Shown one piece after another: positions 1-9,664 of a stretch of DNA of 64,000 nt; position 1 is the stretch's first letter; every line of letters starts with the position of its first letter. Under the pieces are notes generated by a model that saw only the letters and a list, made by a program, of their open reading frames with translations, did not search any database and was not told where the DNA came from. The stretch is from an uncultured Bacteroidales bacterium. GTDB lineage: Bacteria > Bacteroidota > Bacteroidia > Bacteroidales > VadinHA17. Made by a program: the position numbers and the translations under genes. The stretch spans positions 132,671 through 196,670 of the forward strand of contig CAVRYU010000005.1 of NCBI GenBank assembly GCA_963725585.1, written 5' to 3'.

Positions 1-1
1 T

Positions 2-181
2 CCATGGCCTGCCACAAAAGATGAGCTGATTGATTTCGCCATAAGGTCAGGTGCCCCGATGGAGGTTATTGAAAATCTGCAGGAGATAGAGGATGAGGGG
101 GATATCTACGAAAGCATTGAAGATATCTGGCCCGATTATCCCAGTAAGGACGACTTTTTCTTCAATGAAGATGAATACTAA
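2..181 (+). CDS. DUF2795-like small protein, C-terminal fragment (5' end lies outside the window)
   Basis: Frame is open from the window edge and reads PWPATKDELIDFAIRSGAPMEVIENLQEIEDEGDIYESIEDIWPDYPSKDDFFFNEDEY, with stop TAA at 179-181. Absent from the ORF track because no start codon is in the window. Family assignment is from memory of the motif pattern. Confidence 0.5.
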   Translation, partial: PWPATKDELIDFAIRSGAPMEVIENLQEIEDEGDIYESIEDIWPDYPSKDDFFFNEDEY

Positions 182-212
182 AAAAAAGGCTGACATTATT
201 GTCAGCCTTTTT
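181..212. terminator. Bidirectional intrinsic terminator between convergent genes
   Basis: A7, then GGCTGAC (188-194), loop ATTATT, GTCAGCC (201-207), then T5. The stem is flanked by an A-run and a T-run, so it can terminate on either strand. Confidence 0.6.
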
Positions 213-1788
213 ATTTCCTAAAAATATCCATCATTGTCTTAGGCCGGATCAGATCGAACCACGAAAATCCTTCAAGCTTCTCTGCTTCGGCATTCACTTT
301 CGCTGGAGGATCAATTACTCCTTCGGGATTCTGATACTCGTTGATTGCAGTAATTTTCCCATCCGCCACAAATATTTCAATGCGGGCGCATTTTGCCTTA
401 TTAACACCTACAACTTCATCTCCGTCGAGCAGCCAGTAGATTGTCTCTCCGTTTCCCTCGACATCTATCTTATAAAGTTCATTGTCTTTAAAATAACCTG
501 TCAGTGACCTTCCTTTTACCTGGTTATACCTTGAATCATCAACCTGGCTTGTTACAAATGCCGAACTGTATAATTCCATCCTGTCGGCCTGGCGGTTTTT
601 TGTAAACAGGGCAATAGAATCCGAAACAAGCTGGTTCTCTTCCGACCAAAGAACAGGTGATGAGTACATTCTTATAACAGAATCGCGAAAAGAATAGGAG
701 AGGGAGTCGCATTTTGCCTGGATATCCCTGCTATAGATCCGGCAGTTGTGAAAAGCTCTCATCAGCCTGTAATCCTTCAAAGAGGAATCAGATCTTGTAA
801 CAGCACTTATTGTATCGGCATGAAGGAAAAGGGAATCCTTCTCCGAGACCTGTATAAAAAGTGCCTTATCAGTGACCATGAATCTTTCGGGGCTTTTGTA
901 GTACCAGGCATAATCACCCTTTACTATTATGTTTTTTGTAGTGTCGGTTATGCTTGTGTTACGGTAAGCAAGACCATAACCCTTTATACCGTCGTAGTAA
1001 AGCGAATCACCTTTTATAACCTGCTGCCTGTTATCGATAACTGCATTTTTCCAGATCCTTGAAATATCATTTTTTGTATCATACCATCCCCTTTCACAAT
1101 AGAGGTAAATGCTGTCACCAGTCATTTCAGAAGGACCCGTAAAGATTGCTGTCTCTGTCTTTGTATTGTAATCCATTGTATCGGCAGTCATCACATAATC
1201 TGGATTGACAATATTGACACTATCCTTGAAATGGAATATGTTTTGTGACACGTAATAAATACCAATTATGCTTGTAAGCGTGTTTTCACCGTTTGTTATT
1301 CTTCCTCCGGTGTTATAACGTGCAACTTCATTTCTCACATCATATTTGACCGACTGCGTGAAAAGATGGGTTTCCTTATCGATAAGCTCAACATTCCCGT
1401 CTACTGATGCAGTCTCCGACGATCCGTCATAGAAAAGGCTGTCACCCCTGAGTTGAAGGGTATCACCCTGCGTCATGTGAATTCTGCTGTACGCCCTTAT
1501 CTGGTTATAACCAGTATAGAACCAGGCGCTGTCGCATGTCATAAAGATGTCATTATGTTTCAGGGAAACATTTCCAAGCAGCCGTGTCAGTCTTTTTCCT
1601 GTTTTTTTTTCGATTTCATCAATTCCATCATCGGCATTTAATACCTCAATCATTTTTTTGCCGGGTTTCTGTTTAGGAAGATCCTGACTGAAAAAAGCCG
1701 GAGATGACAACAGTATGCCAGTTAAAAGCAATATTTTTCTTAGCAAAGGTGAAGAAAATACAGATACAATTGATGCTATTTCAGCCAT
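211..1788 (-). CDS. OstA/LptD-N-terminal-like repeat protein (secreted)
   Basis: 525-aa ORF with an N-terminal hydrophobic signal. Repeated OstA-like beta segments (LKHNDIFMTCDSAWFY, GDSLFYDG, GDSLYYDG). Overlaps the upstream SurA-like gene by 13 nt, suggesting an operon. Confidence 0.6.
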   Translation of the reverse strand: MAEIASIVSVFSSPLLRKILLLTGILLSSPAFFSQDLPKQKPGKKMIEVLNADDGIDEIEKKTGKRLTRLLGNVSLKHNDIFMTCDSAWFYTGYNQIRAYSRIHMTQGDTLQLRGDSLFYDGSSETASVDGNVELIDKETHLFTQSVKYDVRNEVARYNTGGRITNGENTLTSIIGIYYVSQNIFHFKDSVNIVNPDYVMTADTMDYNTKTETAIFTGPSEMTGDSIYLYCERGWYDTKNDISRIWKNAVIDNRQQVIKGDSLYYDGIKGYGLAYRNTSITDTTKNIIVKGDYAWYYKSPERFMVTDKALFIQVSEKDSLFLHADTISAVTRSDSSLKDYRLMRAFHNCRIYSRDIQAKCDSLSYSFRDSVIRMYSSPVLWSEENQLVSDSIALFTKNRQADRMELYSSAFVTSQVDDSRYNQVKGRSLTGYFKDNELYKIDVEGNGETIYWLLDGDEVVGVNKAKCARIEIFVADGKITAINEYQNPEGVIDPPAKVNAEAEKLEGFSWFDLIRPKTMMDIFRK

Positions 1789-3131
1789 CCTGCTTCAAGG
1801 AATTTGCACGATTTTAATTCGTCACTGATCTTGATATAGGTAGTTTCGATTTTTTTACTAATCCATTTCTGGTATGACGACTGCCTTTCACCCAGAAGGG
1901 CGGCGTTATAAAATACCTGATAATCATCCTTAAGATTAGCCCTGTGTGCCGGGATCTCGTTATCGAGCCTTACAACCCTGAATACAACATTCCCGATCTC
2001 ATCTGTCGTCTGGAAAGGTTCAGAAATTTCACCTGTTTTAAGGTCTCTTACTCTTACATACATTTCCTTGTTAAGCTCATCCAGCGAAAACCAGTTAATA
2101 CGTTCCGACGGGTTTGTGCTTACGAATTTACCTCCGTTTATTCTGCTGTCGAGGTGGCTTGAAAACCTATAAGCAACATCTTCAAATTTCAGACTATCTT
2201 GTCTTATTAATCTTGTCAGGCTGTCAAGTTTTGCGAGAGCTTTTTGCGATTCCTCAGGTTTTACCTTTGGTCTGATCAGTATATGCCTTGTATTTACCAG
2301 ATCTCCCTTCCGGTCGATAACCTGTATAATATGAAATCCATATTTGGTCTCAACAATTTTCGACACTGCATTTTTTGCAAGGCTCCATGCTGCATCAGCA
2401 TAAGGCTTTTCAAGCTCTCCCTTTAATTTGTATCCTACTTCACCGCCGTTTATTCCTGATCCGTCCTCTGAATTAAGCACTGCAAGCATTTTAAAGCTCT
2501 TACCGGCGAGTATTTCGCTGCGTATATTGAGCAGCTTCTGCCTTGCCTCAGCCTTGTTTTCTTCATTATTCGGCGGATCAAGCTGAATAATGCTAAGCTG
2601 GACCTTTGATGGAATTACGGGCAAAGAGTCTTTGGGAATAGTATTGAAATATCTCTTAACATCATTTGGAGTTATTGCAAGGCTCTTTGTTATGCTGCTC
2701 TGAACTTCAGAGACAACCTGTTGTTCAACCAGTGCTTTCCTTATATCCCTTCTGATCTCGACCATGCTTTTTTTGAAATAGTCTTCAAGTGCTTTTTCGC
2801 TCCCTGCCGTCCTTATGGCCTCATTGATCTGCATGTTAAGATCCCCTTCAACTGTATCATCGGTAACCTGGATACTGTCAATCCTTGCCTGGTCAACAAA
2901 AAGCTTGGCAATAAGTAATTCCTGAAATACCCTGCACCGTATTTCATCGACAGGGATCCTGGGATTTCCTCTTCTGGCATCCAACACACCATTCTCAATA
3001 TCTGAAAGATAAATTACTTCATTCCCGACTATTGCAGCAACAGATTCCACAAGAACCTGAGCATTTGAGGATAAAATGCTCAGAATTAATCCAGCCACCA
3101 CTAACAACCCTGACCTTCTGCTTCTTTTCAT
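1776..3131 (-). CDS. SurA-like periplasmic chaperone / PpiC-type peptidyl-prolyl isomerase
   Basis: 451-aa ORF with a signal peptide, a SurA_N-like region and a parvulin domain (TRHILIRP...YGFHIIQVIDR). Confidence 0.75.
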   Translation of the reverse strand: MKRSRRSGLLVVAGLILSILSSNAQVLVESVAAIVGNEVIYLSDIENGVLDARRGNPRIPVDEIRCRVFQELLIAKLFVDQARIDSIQVTDDTVEGDLNMQINEAIRTAGSEKALEDYFKKSMVEIRRDIRKALVEQQVVSEVQSSITKSLAITPNDVKRYFNTIPKDSLPVIPSKVQLSIIQLDPPNNEENKAEARQKLLNIRSEILAGKSFKMLAVLNSEDGSGINGGEVGYKLKGELEKPYADAAWSLAKNAVSKIVETKYGFHIIQVIDRKGDLVNTRHILIRPKVKPEESQKALAKLDSLTRLIRQDSLKFEDVAYRFSSHLDSRINGGKFVSTNPSERINWFSLDELNKEMYVRVRDLKTGEISEPFQTTDEIGNVVFRVVRLDNEIPAHRANLKDDYQVFYNAALLGERQSSYQKWISKKIETTYIKISDELKSCKFLEAGWLK

Positions 3132-3133
3132 TA

Positions 3134-3983
3134 TTAATAGATCTTAAAACTGTTTTCCTTAATAGATTCGTTATAGATACCATTCTCAAGTTCCCTGATA
3201 AAATCTATCCGGCGATTATTCCAGATTATTCTTTTTATGTCTTCCCTCACATATTCAAATGGAGCAAGCGTACCTCTGAGCCTGTAATCGTTAATTACGA
3301 TAAGGTAAACCGAAACGGAATCTCTGGTTTCATAAAAGGTTGTCCTTTTTAAGAAATTCTCCTGGTTCGTAATGTCCTCCTTCAGCTCAAAGGAGAGCCG
3401 GTCCATGGTGATCCACTCTTCCTTAAAATCATCAAATTTCTCTGCAAACTGGTAGCAGAGACTCTCGAGTTCCTGAAAGTCTTTTTGCTTATCCGATCTT
3501 GCCAGAGATTTAAACTTCCATATTTTGGGAGTCTCTACCGGAAGCTTTATGAAAAGCGCTTTCACTATGTTGGATGTCAGATTAAAGCTGTTTTCATTAT
3601 CCGTATAGTACTTTTCAAGCTCTCCGGTTAGTGATAACAGTATCCATCTTCTGTTGGATCATCATTCGCTGGTATTCATAAACTACAAGATCCTGTCTGG
3701 TTTCCTGTATTTGTTCTTCAATTTCACTTAGTAGGTCTTGAGAGAGGTTTTCTTCAGCTTTCTGGAACATTAGTTCCCGCTTAGCCCATTTGTTTATATA
3801 TTTCTGTATGATAGCTGTGCTGTCGGCAAGAGCTGCAGCTTTCCGTGTTTGTTCAGGAATCTCTTCATAATAAAGCACTTTAAGACCGGCTTTGGCAACA
3901 GGAGTGCGTTTTACCTGCCTGCCGCTGTTGTTGCAGCCATAAAATACAAACAAGATCAAAATAACCGGAATAACTTTATTCAT
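3134..3983 (-). pseudogene. SurA_N-like chaperone family protein, split by one frame break (or an assembly indel)
   Basis: ORFs 3615-3983 (lipoprotein-like N-terminus ILFVFYGC) and 3134-3565 are collinear. The downstream frame is already open from about 3658 (..LLSLTGELEKYYTDNENSFNLTSNIVKALFIKLPVE..). One indel between 3615 and 3658 would restore a protein of about 280 aa. Confidence 0.55.
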
Positions 3984-5944
3984 TGCCTATTCTCTTCTTC
4001 ACTTCATCAAATACCTGGTTGTCAATTTTAACAGTGTATTTTTCCTTTAATTGTTTAATCCATTCTTCAGTAAGCCAGTCCTGGTAGCCTGAAATCATAT
4101 CAGCCTGAACTTCACTTAAGGGCAACGGCAGCAGGTTCATTTACCTTCAGAATATTAATAAGTGCCGGGTATCCGTTTTTTGTCAGGGAATGAAGACCCC
4201 TGGTCCAGTCAATTCTGTCTATATCAGCATCATCTCCGGTTCTCCAGATCGCTTCTGTAATAGAAAGGAGCGTATCTCCCTGCAGGTTGAATTTAGCAAG
4301 AAGCCTGCCATCGGTGCCGGATTTCCTTGAATATTTTCTGTACGCTGCCATAAGACGTTTTGCTCCGTTCGGTTCCCTGAGTATATATGTTTTGGCGTCG
4401 ATGCTCTTCTTCGACAGGTATTCTTTCTTATGAGCCTCATAATAATTCTGAAGACCAGCTGAATCTTCCTGAACTCTGTTCCATACATTCTTTGATGATA
4501 TATCAAACAAAAGAATGCCGTCATGAAACTCATTCATCAGGTACCTGAAATCGGGATATTTTTGCTCGAGAACTGAATTTTCAAATTTCATTATCTCATC
4601 TGAGGCTATTGATTCAAGCGATGTATCGATATAGTATTCCGGGTTTTTTGTAGTTACCATATTACCCCGTTTTTCGAGGATAGCAGCAAAATCCTTTGCT
4701 GAAAGATTCTTACCGGCAAATGTATATATGTTTCCTGAAGGGATGTTCCTCCGGTTATATTTTGAGACACCCTGGATAACCAGGGTGTCTGTATTGTCAT
4801 AAAACCATGCGCGAACAGAAGGATTAATCCAGAAATTATACTCTTTTTTTAGCCTCTCAATAAAGGATTTCTTACCCAGTGAAATCAGATTCGACTGGTT
4901 AAGTTTGCTTTCAAGAAATGACTTTGACTCTTCATATGAACCGGGAGCTTTTTTATCAAGCAGCTTGATTATGTGAAATCCATAAACAGAACGAACAGGT
5001 TTTGTATATTCGCCTGTATCCTTAATTGAAAATGCAGCTTCGGCAAAATCGCTTATGATTTCACCTGCTCCAAACCAGTTCATTTCACCTCCATTAGCTG
5101 CCGATTCTTTATGATCGGAATTTTCCGAAGCCAGCTTTTTGAATGTTTCCCCGTTCTTAAGCCGCGTATAAATATTATTGATCTCCCTTTCTGCCTTCCT
5201 GACTGTCTGATCATCCGATCCTGGAGGAGCCGATTTCATAATATGTGCAACCCTTATCTTCCCCTTTGAAGGCCGCACGTCTGAAACCTTTATTATATGA
5301 TATCCATAAGGAGTCCTGACTGGCATTGATATAGTCCCGGGTTTAAGAGTATATGCTGCTTCCTCGAATGGTGTGATCATCTGAAAGACAGAAAAATACC
5401 CCAGATTTCCACCGTTGATCAGTACTGACTTGTCATCCGATGTTGCTTTGGCAACCTGTTCAAATGATTCTCCCTTTATTATTCTCTCGCGTATGTCAAT
5501 TGCTTTCTTATATGCTTTAAGGGTATCTTCAGGGGCGGCATCAGGGGTACAACTAATTAGAATATGTGATGCATTAACTTCTGAAAGCGATCGCTGGTAT
5601 GCTTTACGGAGAAGTTTTTCCTTAATGTCGGGATCGGTCAGATAACTTTGCGCCAGCTGATTCCTGTAACCATCGAGCTCTTCCCTGTAAGCTTTGGTTG
5701 TATCATAACCTTGTTCAATCGCATCAGCCACCTTAAGCTTGAAGGCGATGAATTGTCCGAGGTAGTCATTAAGGTTTGTCTTATATAACGGGTCGAGGCT
5801 TTTATTGTACATTCTTATGAACTCACCAGCCTCAACCCCTCTGCCCGCAATCGTCATCAATATCTTTTCATCAGGCTTCTGGGAAAAGCTGAAAGAATAA
5901 GACAGGAAAAACAGAATAAAAAGCAGGATTGACCTTGTTTTCAT
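3976..5944 (-). pseudogene. PpiC-type PPIase with two parvulin domains (PpiD-like); C-terminus out of frame
   Basis: The 610-aa ORF 4112-5944 has two rotamase motifs (ASHILI...YGYHIIKV and VAHIM...YGFHIIKLL). The expected C-terminal helix (PLSEVQADMISGYQDWLTEEWIKQLKEKYTVKIDNQVFDEVKKRIGNE*) continues in another frame down to 3976. Break lies at 4112-4140. Confidence 0.65.
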
Positions 5945-5964
5945 TGTATTATAAAAAAGTTCCG

Positions 5965-7446
5965 TTATTCGAAGGATTTTCTGCTATAGTTGGGAGACTC
6001 TCTGGTTATCGCCACATCATGGGGATGACTTTCAATAATACCGGAGTGTGTGATTCTGACAAATTTGCTTTCTTTTTTAAGAACAGTAATGTTTTTTGCA
6101 CCCAGATAACCCATTCCTGACCTGAGTCCGCCTGTCATCTGATAAATGACTTCCGACAGATTTCCTTTAAAGGGAACCCTTGCTTCAATCCCTTCAGGTA
6201 CCAGCTTCCGGATATCATCTTCCATATCCTGGAAATACCGGTCCTTGGACCCCTGCTGCATGGCCTCGATTGACCCCATTCCCCTGTAAGCCTTGAATTT
6301 GCGGCCGTTATAAATTATTGTATCACCCGGTGATTCCTCAACTCCGGCAAATAGCGACCCTGCCATTATAGAATCGGCTCCCGATGCGATAGCCTTAATT
6401 ATATCACCTGAATATCTTATCCCTCCGTCTGCAATGACCGGTATTCCTGAACCATCAATTGCCTTTGCCACATTGTAAATTGCGGAGAGCTGGGGTATCC
6501 CTACCCCGGCAATCACCCTGGTGGTGCATATTGAACCCGGACCTATTCCGACTTTTACCGCATCTGCTCCTTCGCTTGCCAGCATCCTGGCTGCCTCTGC
6601 AGTACCAATATTTCCTGCAACAACTTCAGTTGATGGATATGCCTTCTTAATTTCCTTCAGAATCCTTATTACACTTTTGGTATGGGCATGTGCAGTGTCG
6701 ATTACTATCGCATCGACATCTGAATTTATTAAAGCTTCAACCCGGAGAAGAGTATCCGATGCAATACCGACAGCTGCAGCAACTCTCAGCCTTCCTTTGT
6801 CATCTTTGCTGGAATTCGGACTGTCCTTGGTTTTTGTTATATCCTTGTATGTGATAAGGCCAATGAGCTTGCCGGATTCATCAATCATTGGCAGTTTCTC
6901 AATTTTATGCTTCTGCAGTATCCGGGCAGCTGCCTGAAGAGTAGTCTGGTGATTTGTGGTGATGAGGTTTGTAGTCATCACCTCTGTTATTTTCTTTGCC
7001 CGGTTGTTTTCAAATCTCAAATCCCTGTTTGTTACAATTCCCTTAAGAATGCCATTGGCATCTATCACGGGAATGCCTCCTATCCTGTACTCGCTCATAA
7101 GGCTCATTGCTTCACCCACTGATGCTTCCAGACCTATTGTAATCGGATCAAAGATCATGACATTCTCAGCTCTTTTAACTCTTTTTACCTGCGAAGCCTG
7201 CTTTTCAACCGACATATTTTTGTGGATCACACCAATACCACCTTCACGGGCAATTGCAATTGCCAGCTCATCTTCAGTCACAGTATCCATTGCAGCTGAA
7301 ACAATAGGGGTATTTATCCGTATGTTCCTGCTGAACATTGAGCTTAAATCGACCTCACGGGGAAGAACCTCGGAATATGAAGGGATAAGGAGCACATCAT
7401 CAAAGGTCAATCCTTCATAAAGTATTTTATCCTTAATAAATGACAT
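5965..7446 (-). CDS. guaB: IMP dehydrogenase
   Basis: 493 aa with [10 protein letters not shown], a tandem CBS insert, the catalytic loop [11 protein letters not shown] and GGIRYSGD. Confidence 0.95.
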   Translation of the reverse strand: MSFIKDKILYEGLTFDDVLLIPSYSEVLPREVDLSSMFSRNIRINTPIVSAAMDTVTEDELAIAIAREGGIGVIHKNMSVEKQASQVKRVKRAENVMIFDPITIGLEASVGEAMSLMSEYRIGGIPVIDANGILKGIVTNRDLRFENNRAKKITEVMTTNLITTNHQTTLQAAARILQKHKIEKLPMIDESGKLIGLITYKDITKTKDSPNSSKDDKGRLRVAAAVGIASDTLLRVEALINSDVDAIVIDTAHAHTKSVIRILKEIKKAYPSTEVVAGNIGTAEAARMLASEGADAVKVGIGPGSICTTRVIAGVGIPQLSAIYNVAKAIDGSGIPVIADGGIRYSGDIIKAIASGADSIMAGSLFAGVEESPGDTIIYNGRKFKAYRGMGSIEAMQQGSKDRYFQDMEDDIRKLVPEGIEARVPFKGNLSEVIYQMTGGLRSGMGYLGAKNITVLKKESKFVRITHSGIIESHPHDVAITRESPNYSRKSFE

Positions 7447-7512
7447 TGTATGATCCTTTTAGTTTTTGTGGCCGCAAATTACTAAAAAAAAAGGACTCTG
7501 AAAACAAGTTAC

Positions 7513-7520
7513 TACATTTG
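7513..7520 (+). promoter_or_regulatory. Candidate Bacteroidota -7 box (TAnnTTTG) for recQ
   Basis: TACATTTG is an exact match to the TAnnTTTG consensus. It ends 3 nt before the recQ ATG at 7524, which implies a leaderless or near-leaderless transcript. Confidence 0.3.
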
Positions 7521-7523
7521 TAT

Positions 7524-9449
7524 ATGACTCAGCAAACTGTGAATATTGAACAGTGCAGGAAAATACTTACCAGATACTGGGGATTCACTTCATTCAAGCC
7601 CCTTCAGGAGGATATTATAAAGTCAGTAATTGAAGGCCACGATACCCTTGCCCTGATGCCGACAGGAGGCGGTAAATCAATAACATTCCAGGTACCGGCC
7701 CTGGCAAAAGAGGGAACATGTCTTGTAATCACACCCCTCATAGCTTTGATGAAGGAGCAGGTGAACAGGCTGAACAGCCTTGAAATCAAATCTCTTATGA
7801 TCCATTCGGCAATGTCAAGGGAAGAGATCGACATCACAATTGAGAACTGCATCTACGGTGATTATAAATTTCTTTATGTATCGCCCGAACGAATATCAAC
7901 CCAGCTGTTTCAGGGAAAGGTTGGCCGCATAAACCTGTCGCTTGTTGCTATCGATGAAGCACATTGCATATCCCAGTGGGGTTACGATTTCAGACCGTCA
8001 TATCTGAAAATAGCAACTCTCAGGGAAAAGATTTCACCCGATGTCCCATTTCTTGCACTTACAGCCACTGCGACACAGAATGTCATTGAAGACATAATGG
8101 ATAAACTGGCATTCAGGGAAAGAAATGTGCTGAAGACAAGCTTTGAAAGAAAAAATATCTCCTACCTGGTGAGGCAGGTGGAGGAGAAAGGTACATATCT
8201 GGTAAAAACCCTGAATAAGGTTGGAGGAAGCGGGATAGTTTATGTCAGGAGCAGGAAGAGGTGCAAGGAAGTTGCTGAAATGCTCGCCGGACAGGGTATC
8301 GTTGCCGATTTTTATCATGCCGGCCTGCCCGACGAACTGAGGGATAAAAAACAGGCATCCTGGACAACGGGTAAGACACGGGTAATTGTTGCAACCAATG
8401 CCTTCGGAATGGGAATTGACAAGGCTGATGTCAGATTTGTTATCCACTGGGACGTTCCTGATTCGATAGAAAATTATTTCCAGGAGAGCGGCCGGGCCGG
8501 AAGAGATAACAAACCTGCATATGCTGTACTTTTATATTCACCTTCAGATAAAACCCGTCTGAACGAATCTCTGAGACAAAAATTTCCTCCGGTTGAGAAG
8601 ATCAAAGATATCTATGAAGCCCTGTGCAATTTTCTTATGGTACCCCTCGGAGCAGGTAAAGACAATGTCTTTGACTTCAATATGGCGGATTTTGTCTCGC
8701 GTTACAGGCTGCCGGTTATAGAAACATTCAACAGCCTTGCATTTCTTCAGAGAGAGGGATACGTTGAATTTACCGAAGAGATAAATAATCCTTCACGTGT
8801 CCATTTTATAGTGGGACGAGATGACCTCTATAAATTCCAGGTGGCAAATGAATCATTCGACGGGTTCATTAAACTCCTGCTCCGATCGTATACAGGAATG
8901 TTCACGGAATTTGTAGTAATAAATGAAGAGACACTTTCAAAAAAGGCTGCAATAACCAGGGATACAGTATATCAATACCTTGTGAAGCTCTCATCGATGA
9001 ATATTATCAGGTACATACCGGGTAAGAAAACATCTCTTGTTATATTTACTGAGGAACGCCTCGTCAGGAAAGCATTGATGATCTCACCCGACAATTATCT
9101 TCATGTTAAGGAAAAATACTCCGCACGTCTTGAAAAAATGATCGATTATGCTGAATCGAATAACAGGTGCAGGTCAGTAATGCTCCTTGAATATTTTGGG
9201 GAGGAATCGGACAGGTGCGGAACCTGCGACGTGTGCAGGGAACGAAATGAACTCGACCTGAGCAAGTATGAATTTGATATTATCCTCGAGGAAATCAAGG
9301 TTATTCTGTCGGAAAAGAACCCCGATTCCGAAGAGCTGGTTACAATGATCAGCTATCCTGAAGAAAAAGTGATAAAAGTGATCCGATGGCTGCTCGATCA
9401 TAACAAAATTCTCCAGGACAGGGATCACAGACTAAGCTGGAACACTTAG
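7524..9449 (+). CDS. recQ: ATP-dependent DNA helicase, RecQ family
   Basis: FGFTSFKPLQEDII, MPTGGGKS, DEAHCISQWGYDFRPSY, the helicase C motif QESGRAGRD, and a Zn-binding CRSVMLLEYFGE..CGTCDVC. Start moved to the ATG at 7524, which is in frame with the track ORF starting at 7440. Confidence 0.9.
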   Translation: MTQQTVNIEQCRKILTRYWGFTSFKPLQEDIIKSVIEGHDTLALMPTGGGKSITFQVPALAKEGTCLVITPLIALMKEQVNRLNSLEIKSLMIHSAMSREEIDITIENCIYGDYKFLYVSPERISTQLFQGKVGRINLSLVAIDEAHCISQWGYDFRPSYLKIATLREKISPDVPFLALTATATQNVIEDIMDKLAFRERNVLKTSFERKNISYLVRQVEEKGTYLVKTLNKVGGSGIVYVRSRKRCKEVAEMLAGQGIVADFYHAGLPDELRDKKQASWTTGKTRVIVATNAFGMGIDKADVRFVIHWDVPDSIENYFQESGRAGRDNKPAYAVLLYSPSDKTRLNESLRQKFPPVEKIKDIYEALCNFLMVPLGAGKDNVFDFNMADFVSRYRLPVIETFNSLAFLQREGYVEFTEEINNPSRVHFIVGRDDLYKFQVANESFDGFIKLLLRSYTGMFTEFVVINEETLSKKAAITRDTVYQYLVKLSSMNIIRYIPGKKTSLVIFTEERLVRKALMISPDNYLHVKEKYSARLEKMIDYAESNNRCRSVMLLEYFGEESDRCGTCDVCRERNELDLSKYEFDIILEEIKVILSEKNPDSEELVTMISYPEEKVIKVIRWLLDHNKILQDRDHRLSWNT

Positions 9450-9454
9450 AAAAT

Positions 9455-9655
9455 GGTCCGAGGTACGGGGTGCGGGGTCCGAGGTGTAAGTTACTACTGA
9501 ATGGATCCCCTCCCGGGAGGGGATTGGGGCGTTGCCCCGCTTCGGTATCCGAGGCGGATTAGGGGTGGGTTGCTATCAATGTTTATGGCACGAATTGCAA
9601 ATTCGCGCCAGCGGTAGTAAAAAGATTCTTCGCTTCACTTCGGTACACTCAGAAT
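9455..9655. repeat. Intergenic stack: heptad tandem repeat followed by five GC-rich hairpins
   Basis: GGTCCGA/GGTACGG/GGTGCGG/GGTCCGA/GGTGTAA (9455-9489, period 7). Palindrome CCCCTCCCGGGAGGGG (9507-9522). GGGGCGTTGCCCC (9526-9538). ATCCGAGGCGGAT (9547-9559). GGCACGAATTGCAAATTCGCGCC (9587-9609). GATTCTTCGCTTCACTTCGGTACACTCAGAAT (9624-9655). Confidence 0.8.
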
Positions 9656-9664
9656 TTTATGTCT

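Noticed and set aside
3976-4140. An independent 54-codon ORF (MNLLPLPLSEVQADMISGYQDW...)
   Set aside because: Its sequence matches the expected C-terminal helix of the upstream PPIase, and it overlaps that gene's 3' end. A frame break in one gene explains it better than a separate small gene.
7440-7523. N-terminal extension of recQ ([28 protein letters not shown]) given by the ORF track
   Set aside because: The extension overlaps the guaB start and the candidate -7 box. The conserved RecQ N-terminus begins right after the ATG at 7524.
9586-9601. TGGCACGAATTGCAA as a second sigma-54 promoter
   Set aside because: The TTGC element is 2 nt too close to TGGCACG. The sequence is one arm of a hairpin repeat. 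No plus-strand gene follows it, because the spacer is convergent.
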